Source: Clostridium facile (GTDB lineage Bacteria > Bacillota > Clostridia > Oscillospirales > Ruminococcaceae). Taken from it: a DNA stretch of 32,000 nucleotides. The notes under the pieces were generated by a model. The model had not been told where the DNA came from. It saw only the letters and a list, made by a program, of their open reading frames with translations, and searched no databases. Positions 28,245-32,000 of the stretch are shown one piece after another (the stretch's first letter is position 1; each line of letters starts with the position of its first letter). The position numbers and the translations under genes were made by a program. The stretch covers positions 1,453,584 to 1,485,583 of the forward strand of contig NZ_JACOQK010000001.1 of NCBI RefSeq assembly GCF_014297275.1, read 5' to 3'.

Positions 28245-28313
28245 AAGGTTCTCCTAGTTGAACTCCTGTCCGCCTGAAAAGCCAGGTCGGGCGGTTTTGA
28301 TTGTAACATTTAT

Positions 28314-29186
28314 TCAGATTTCATTTACCGCGATCGCAGTAGAACCGCAAGGCAACACAAAGCCAGAATTGCTCACTGGTAACCCGATTTCATCCGCTGT
28401 AATAGAACGGAACCGGGTTCCCACTGTTGTTCCCAACAGATAGCTCATAACAGAAGGGGATAACCCTGTGGTATAAGAATTTAACGCAAAGAAAAGTGGC
28501 TGGTCGGATAATACCTGGGAACACAGGTTGAGCAAATCATAAATTTTATCTTCCAGTTTCCAAACTTCACCGCCTGGCCCTCTTCCATAAGAAGGTGGGT
28601 CCATAATAATGGCATCATATTTTCTGCCACGGCGGATTTCCCGCATCACAAATTTTTCACAGTCATCAATAATCCAACGGATTGGCCGATCAGACAACTT
28701 GGATAAAACGGCGTTTTCCCTTGCCCAAGAAACAATCCCTTTTGAGGCGTCTACATGGCAAACAGAAGCTCCCGCTGCTGCGCAGGAAAGGGTTGCCCCA
28801 CCGGTATAGGAAAACAGGTTTAATACCTGGATTGGCCGCTCACTTGACTGAATGAGTTCCCGAAAATAATCCCAGTTAACAGCCTGTTCTGGAAATAGTC
28901 CCATATGTTTAAAGCCAGTGGGTTCTATTTTAAAACGCAACCCTTTATAAGAGATTGTTTTTGGGGATTGAATGGGCTTTAAAAATTCCCAGGAGCCGCC
29001 CCCACTATTGGAACGATGATAATGAGCATGTATCTGGTTCCAGGAAGGATGCTGATGTGGAGTATGCCAAATCACCTGTGGATCTGGACGAATAAAGAAC
29101 TCTTTCCCCCAACGCTCCAATTTTTCTCCGTTGGAAGTATCTATAATTTCATAATCCTTCCAATCCGCTGCAACTCTCATCTGCAT
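28314..29186 (-). CDS. Class I SAM-dependent methyltransferase (RlmI-like fold)
   Basis: VLNLFSYTGGATLSCAAAGASVCHVDASKGIVSWARENA, YDAIIMDPPSYGRGPGGE. Confidence 0.88.
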   Translation of the reverse strand: MQMRVAADWKDYEIIDTSNGEKLERWGKEFFIRPDPQVIWHTPHQHPSWNQIHAHYHRSNSGGGSWEFLKPIQSPKTISYKGLRFKIEPTGFKHMGLFPEQAVNWDYFRELIQSSERPIQVLNLFSYTGGATLSCAAAGASVCHVDASKGIVSWARENAVLSKLSDRPIRWIIDDCEKFVMREIRRGRKYDAIIMDPPSYGRGPGGEVWKLEDKIYDLLNLCSQVLSDQPLFFALNSYTTGLSPSVMSYLLGTTVGTRFRSITADEIGLPVSNSGFVLPCGSTAIAVNEI

Positions 29187-29202
29187 ACTCCCTTCTTACT
29201 CA

Positions 29203-30552
29203 TTAAATTCTGGACTCGATTAAAGATACAATTTCCTTTGCGATATTTGTAATTTCCTGATGGTCTTTTCCTTCTACCATCACACGGATAATTGGTTCTG
29301 TACCGGATGGACGAACTAAAATTCTGCCATCTTTCCCTAAGGCATCATCCTTATCCACAATCATCTGTTTTAAGTCTTCATCTTGGTTAAACTTATCTTT
29401 CGCTACTGCGTCCGCTTGTACGCTCAACAGTACCTGTGGGAATCGTTCCATAATAGAAGCCAGCTCAGACAAAGATTTTCCTGTGCGTTTCATAATGCTC
29501 AACAATTGTACTGCGGAAAGTTGTCCATCCCCGGTAGAAGCATAATCGCTGAAAATAATATGTCCGGATTGTTCCCCACCTAACACATGACCATTTTGAC
29601 GCATATTTTCCAGTACATAACGGTCACCTACCTTGGTGGCAACGGTCTTGATACCCTCTTTTTCAGTAAAGTGGAAAAAACCTAGGTTAGTCATCACAGT
29701 AACTACTGCGGTGTCATTTGCTAGGCAACCACGTTCTTTCATATCCTTAGCGAAAATGGCAATCATTTTATCGCCATCCACATCATCGCCGTTTTCGTCA
29801 ATCGCAAGGCAGCGGTCCGCATCTCCGTCAAAGGCAACTGCTGCCTGGCAGTTATGTTCCATCATATAGACACGCAAACTCTCCATATGGGTAGAACCAC
29901 AACGGTCGTTGATATTTTCCCCATTTGGTTCCGCATGGATAATCACTGGATCCGCACCTAAACTGCGGAACAATAAATCAGCGGTTGTGCTGGCACTACC
30001 ATTCGCGCAGTCCACAGCAATCCGTAACCCTTTCAAATCCCCATCAATACTGCTTGCAATGTGGCTGACATAGTCATGGACAGCGGAACGGCGCTGGAAT
30101 ACTCTACCCAATTCTACCCCTTGTTTCAATGGAATTTGATCAGGGGTGTCCAAAATTAAAGCTTCAATCTCATTTTCAATCTCATCAGACAGTTTATAGC
30201 CTTGGTTATTAAAAATTTTAATTCCATTAAATTCCACCGGATTATGGGATGCAGAAATCATAATCCCAGCGTCACATCCATATTTTCCCACCAAATAAGC
30301 AACTGCGGGGGTAGGAATTACACCGATTAAGGTGACATCCGCACCTACAGAACATAAGCCAGCTACCAGTGCAGCTTCCAGCATTTTGGATGAAATACGG
30401 GTATCCCGCCCAATCAAAATCATTGGCTTTTCTTCTTGGCTATGCCGTGTCAATACCACTGCCGCAGCACGTCCAATCTGCATTGCTAATTCACAGGTTA
30501 ACTCGGTATTTGCGATTCCTCTCGCACCATCTGTTCCAAATAAACGACCCAT
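29203..30552 (-). CDS. glmM: Phosphoglucosamine mutase GlmM
   Basis: MGRLFGTDGARGIAN, DAGIMISASHNPVEFNGIKIF, AFDGDADRCLAID, LVRPSGTEPIIRVMVEG. Confidence 0.95.
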   Translation of the reverse strand: MGRLFGTDGARGIANTELTCELAMQIGRAAAVVLTRHSQEEKPMILIGRDTRISSKMLEAALVAGLCSVGADVTLIGVIPTPAVAYLVGKYGCDAGIMISASHNPVEFNGIKIFNNQGYKLSDEIENEIEALILDTPDQIPLKQGVELGRVFQRRSAVHDYVSHIASSIDGDLKGLRIAVDCANGSASTTADLLFRSLGADPVIIHAEPNGENINDRCGSTHMESLRVYMMEHNCQAAVAFDGDADRCLAIDENGDDVDGDKMIAIFAKDMKERGCLANDTAVVTVMTNLGFFHFTEKEGIKTVATKVGDRYVLENMRQNGHVLGGEQSGHIIFSDYASTGDGQLSAVQLLSIMKRTGKSLSELASIMERFPQVLLSVQADAVAKDKFNQDEDLKQMIVDKDDALGKDGRILVRPSGTEPIIRVMVEGKDHQEITNIAKEIVSLIESRI

Positions 30553-30588
30553 ATGTAATCTCTCCTATTCGAATAATCCATTTTCTAT

Positions 30589-31623
30589 TTATATTAATGT
30601 TTGCTGTCCATCTTGGCTGATTCCAAGATGCTGGTACGCCAATGAGGTGACACATCTTCCACGAGGAGTACGGGACAAAAAGCCCAACTGCATCAAATAA
30701 GGCTCATAAACATCCTCAATAGTAACCGCTTCTTCCCCCAAAATAGCAGCTATGGTTTCTAACCCAACTGGTCCACCATTGTAGTTTTTAATCATGGTAG
30801 TTAGCATCCGGCGGTCCAATGGCTCCAGACCCAGTTCATCAATCTCTAATTTTTGCAGGGAGGAATCTACAATTTTTTTGGTAATCACGCCATCTCCCAA
30901 CACCTGGGCAAAATCACGAACACGTTTTAGTAAACGGTTGGCGATACGAGGCGTACCACGAGAACGCTTTGCCAGTTCCAAAGCCCCATCCCTTTCACAA
31001 GGAATTTCCAGCAGGCTGGCGCTCCTCATAATAATTTCCGAAAGCTGTTCTTCATTGTAAAGTTCCAGCCGTAAAATAACGCCGAATCGGTCACGCAACG
31101 GAGCGGTCAATTGTCCCGCACGAGTTGTAGCACCTACCAGTGTAAATTTAGGCAAATCAATGCGGATAGAGCGGGCAGCAGGCCCTTTGCCTATGATAAT
31201 ATCCAACGCATAGTCTTCCATGGCTGGATACAATACTTCTTCTACCGCCCTGGAAAGCCGGTGGATCTCATCAATAAACAACACATCATTTTCATTCAAG
31301 TTGGAAAGCAACGCCGCCAAATCCCCTGGTTTTTCAATAGCCGGACCCGAGGTGACACGGATATTGACGTTCATCTCGTTGGCGATAATCATAGACAAGG
31401 TGGTTTTTCCAAGCCCAGGAGGTCCGTATAACAAGACATGGTCCAAAGGTTCCCCACGTTGGCGGGCCGCTTCAATATAAATACTCAAATTTTCTTTTGC
31501 TTTGTCCTGGCCAATATATTCTTTTAAGGTTTTCGGACGCAACGTAAACTCTACATCCATATCTTCTGGAGAAAAATCCGGTGTAGTAATCCGGCTTTCA
31601 AAATCCGTTTCACGGTCAAACAT
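30589..31623 (-). CDS. ruvB: Holliday junction DNA helicase RuvB
   Basis: [51 protein letters not shown]. Confidence 0.96.
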   Translation of the reverse strand: MFDRETDFESRITTPDFSPEDMDVEFTLRPKTLKEYIGQDKAKENLSIYIEAARQRGEPLDHVLLYGPPGLGKTTLSMIIANEMNVNIRVTSGPAIEKPGDLAALLSNLNENDVLFIDEIHRLSRAVEEVLYPAMEDYALDIIIGKGPAARSIRIDLPKFTLVGATTRAGQLTAPLRDRFGVILRLELYNEEQLSEIIMRSASLLEIPCERDGALELAKRSRGTPRIANRLLKRVRDFAQVLGDGVITKKIVDSSLQKLEIDELGLEPLDRRMLTTMIKNYNGGPVGLETIAAILGEEAVTIEDVYEPYLMQLGFLSRTPRGRCVTSLAYQHLGISQDGQQTLI

Positions 31624-31644
31624 ACTGATGTTCTTTTCCTCCTT

Positions 31645-32000
31645 TTATCGAATGGTAGCCAATGCTTTTAATCCAACCCGAATCATATCTTCTACAGAAG
31701 TTGACGGGTCAATTCCAGCAAGTGCCTGGGCAGCTTCTGATTTAGAATATCCTAACACCACTAATGCGCTAATAGCTTCCGCCACATTTCCAGCATTAGT
31801 AGGCAGTTCAATTTCTTTTCCAGCTACTACACTACTGGATAACTGCTCTTTAGAAATTTTATCTTTCAACTCCAACACAATTCGTTGTGCTGTTTTTCCA
31901 CCAATCCCTTTGGATTTTGTTAAAGATTTGCTGTCACCAGAAGCAACACACAGCGCAAATTGGGATGGGGTTACATTGGATAAAATAGATAATGCCGCCT
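31645..32000 (-). CDS. ruvA: Holliday junction DNA helicase RuvA, C-terminal part, truncated by window edge
   Basis: Frame is open to base 32000: ...ALSILSNVTPSQFALCVASGDSKSLTKSKGIGGKTAQRIVLELKDKISKEQ... and domain III ALVVLGYSKSEAAQAL. Confidence 0.93.
   Translation of the reverse strand, partial: AALSILSNVTPSQFALCVASGDSKSLTKSKGIGGKTAQRIVLELKDKISKEQLSSSVVAGKEIELPTNAGNVAEAISALVVLGYSKSEAAQALAGIDPSTSVEDMIRVGLKALATIR

Noticed and set aside
28258-28300. CCGCC...GGCGGTTTT stem between ecfA1 and the methyltransferase
   Set aside because: The five-bp stem is weak, its T-run is on the wrong strand for the flanking genes, and the loop is long. Not convincing as a terminator or RNA element.
30332-30700. 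122-aa plus-strand ORF
   Set aside because: Antisense to glmM and ruvB with no initiation signals and no recognisable motifs.
31111-31480. Overlapping plus-strand ORFs opposite ruvB
   Set aside because: Two different long frames on the same strand opposite an essential conserved gene; both are shadow ORFs.
1-32000. CRISPR arrays, tRNA/rRNA genes, transposases, toxin-antitoxin or phage-defence cassettes
   Set aside because: Looked for along the window and not found. There are no regularly spaced repeats, cloverleaf-like segments, recombinase/transposase proteins or defence nucleases among the supported ORFs.

Overview
32 kb chromosomal window that looks like Clostridia/Firmicutes (inferred from gene content, AT-rich intergenic DNA and strong AGGAGG-type ribosome-binding sites). 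Most of it is ordinary core and housekeeping DNA. From left to right: a MATE transporter cut by the left edge and an EamA-type transporter; a minus-strand trio (RlmA/TlrB-like methyltransferase, NhaC-type antiporter, YbaK-type deacylase); a GT2 glycosyltransferase; a large secreted carbohydrate-active enzyme split from its FIVAR/cell-surface tail at an A9 homopolymer; a long minus-strand run headed by thyX (thyX, DUF896, tmk, DUF2156, GNAT, DJ-1/PfpI, 5-FTHF cyclo-ligase, mltG, peptidase U32); two small or Cys-rich hypothetical proteins diverging from an isochorismatase-like hydrolase; a ClpE-type AAA+ unfoldase; CvpA; a beta-propeller-like membrane protein; truA, ecfT, ecfA2, ecfA1; a SAM methyltransferase; glmM; ruvB; and ruvA cut by the right edge. 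I found no CRISPR array, tRNA, rRNA, transposase, phage or recognisable defence system, and nothing supporting a wholly new multi-gene system. The best leads are (i) the A9 frameshift that would switch a secreted glycosidase between soluble and surface-tethered forms, with tandem discoidin modules inserted inside its catalytic region, (ii) the divergent overlapping promoters with an inverted repeat upstream of the isochorismatase-like gene, and (iii) the Cys-rich hypothetical protein paired with a 64-aa ORF.
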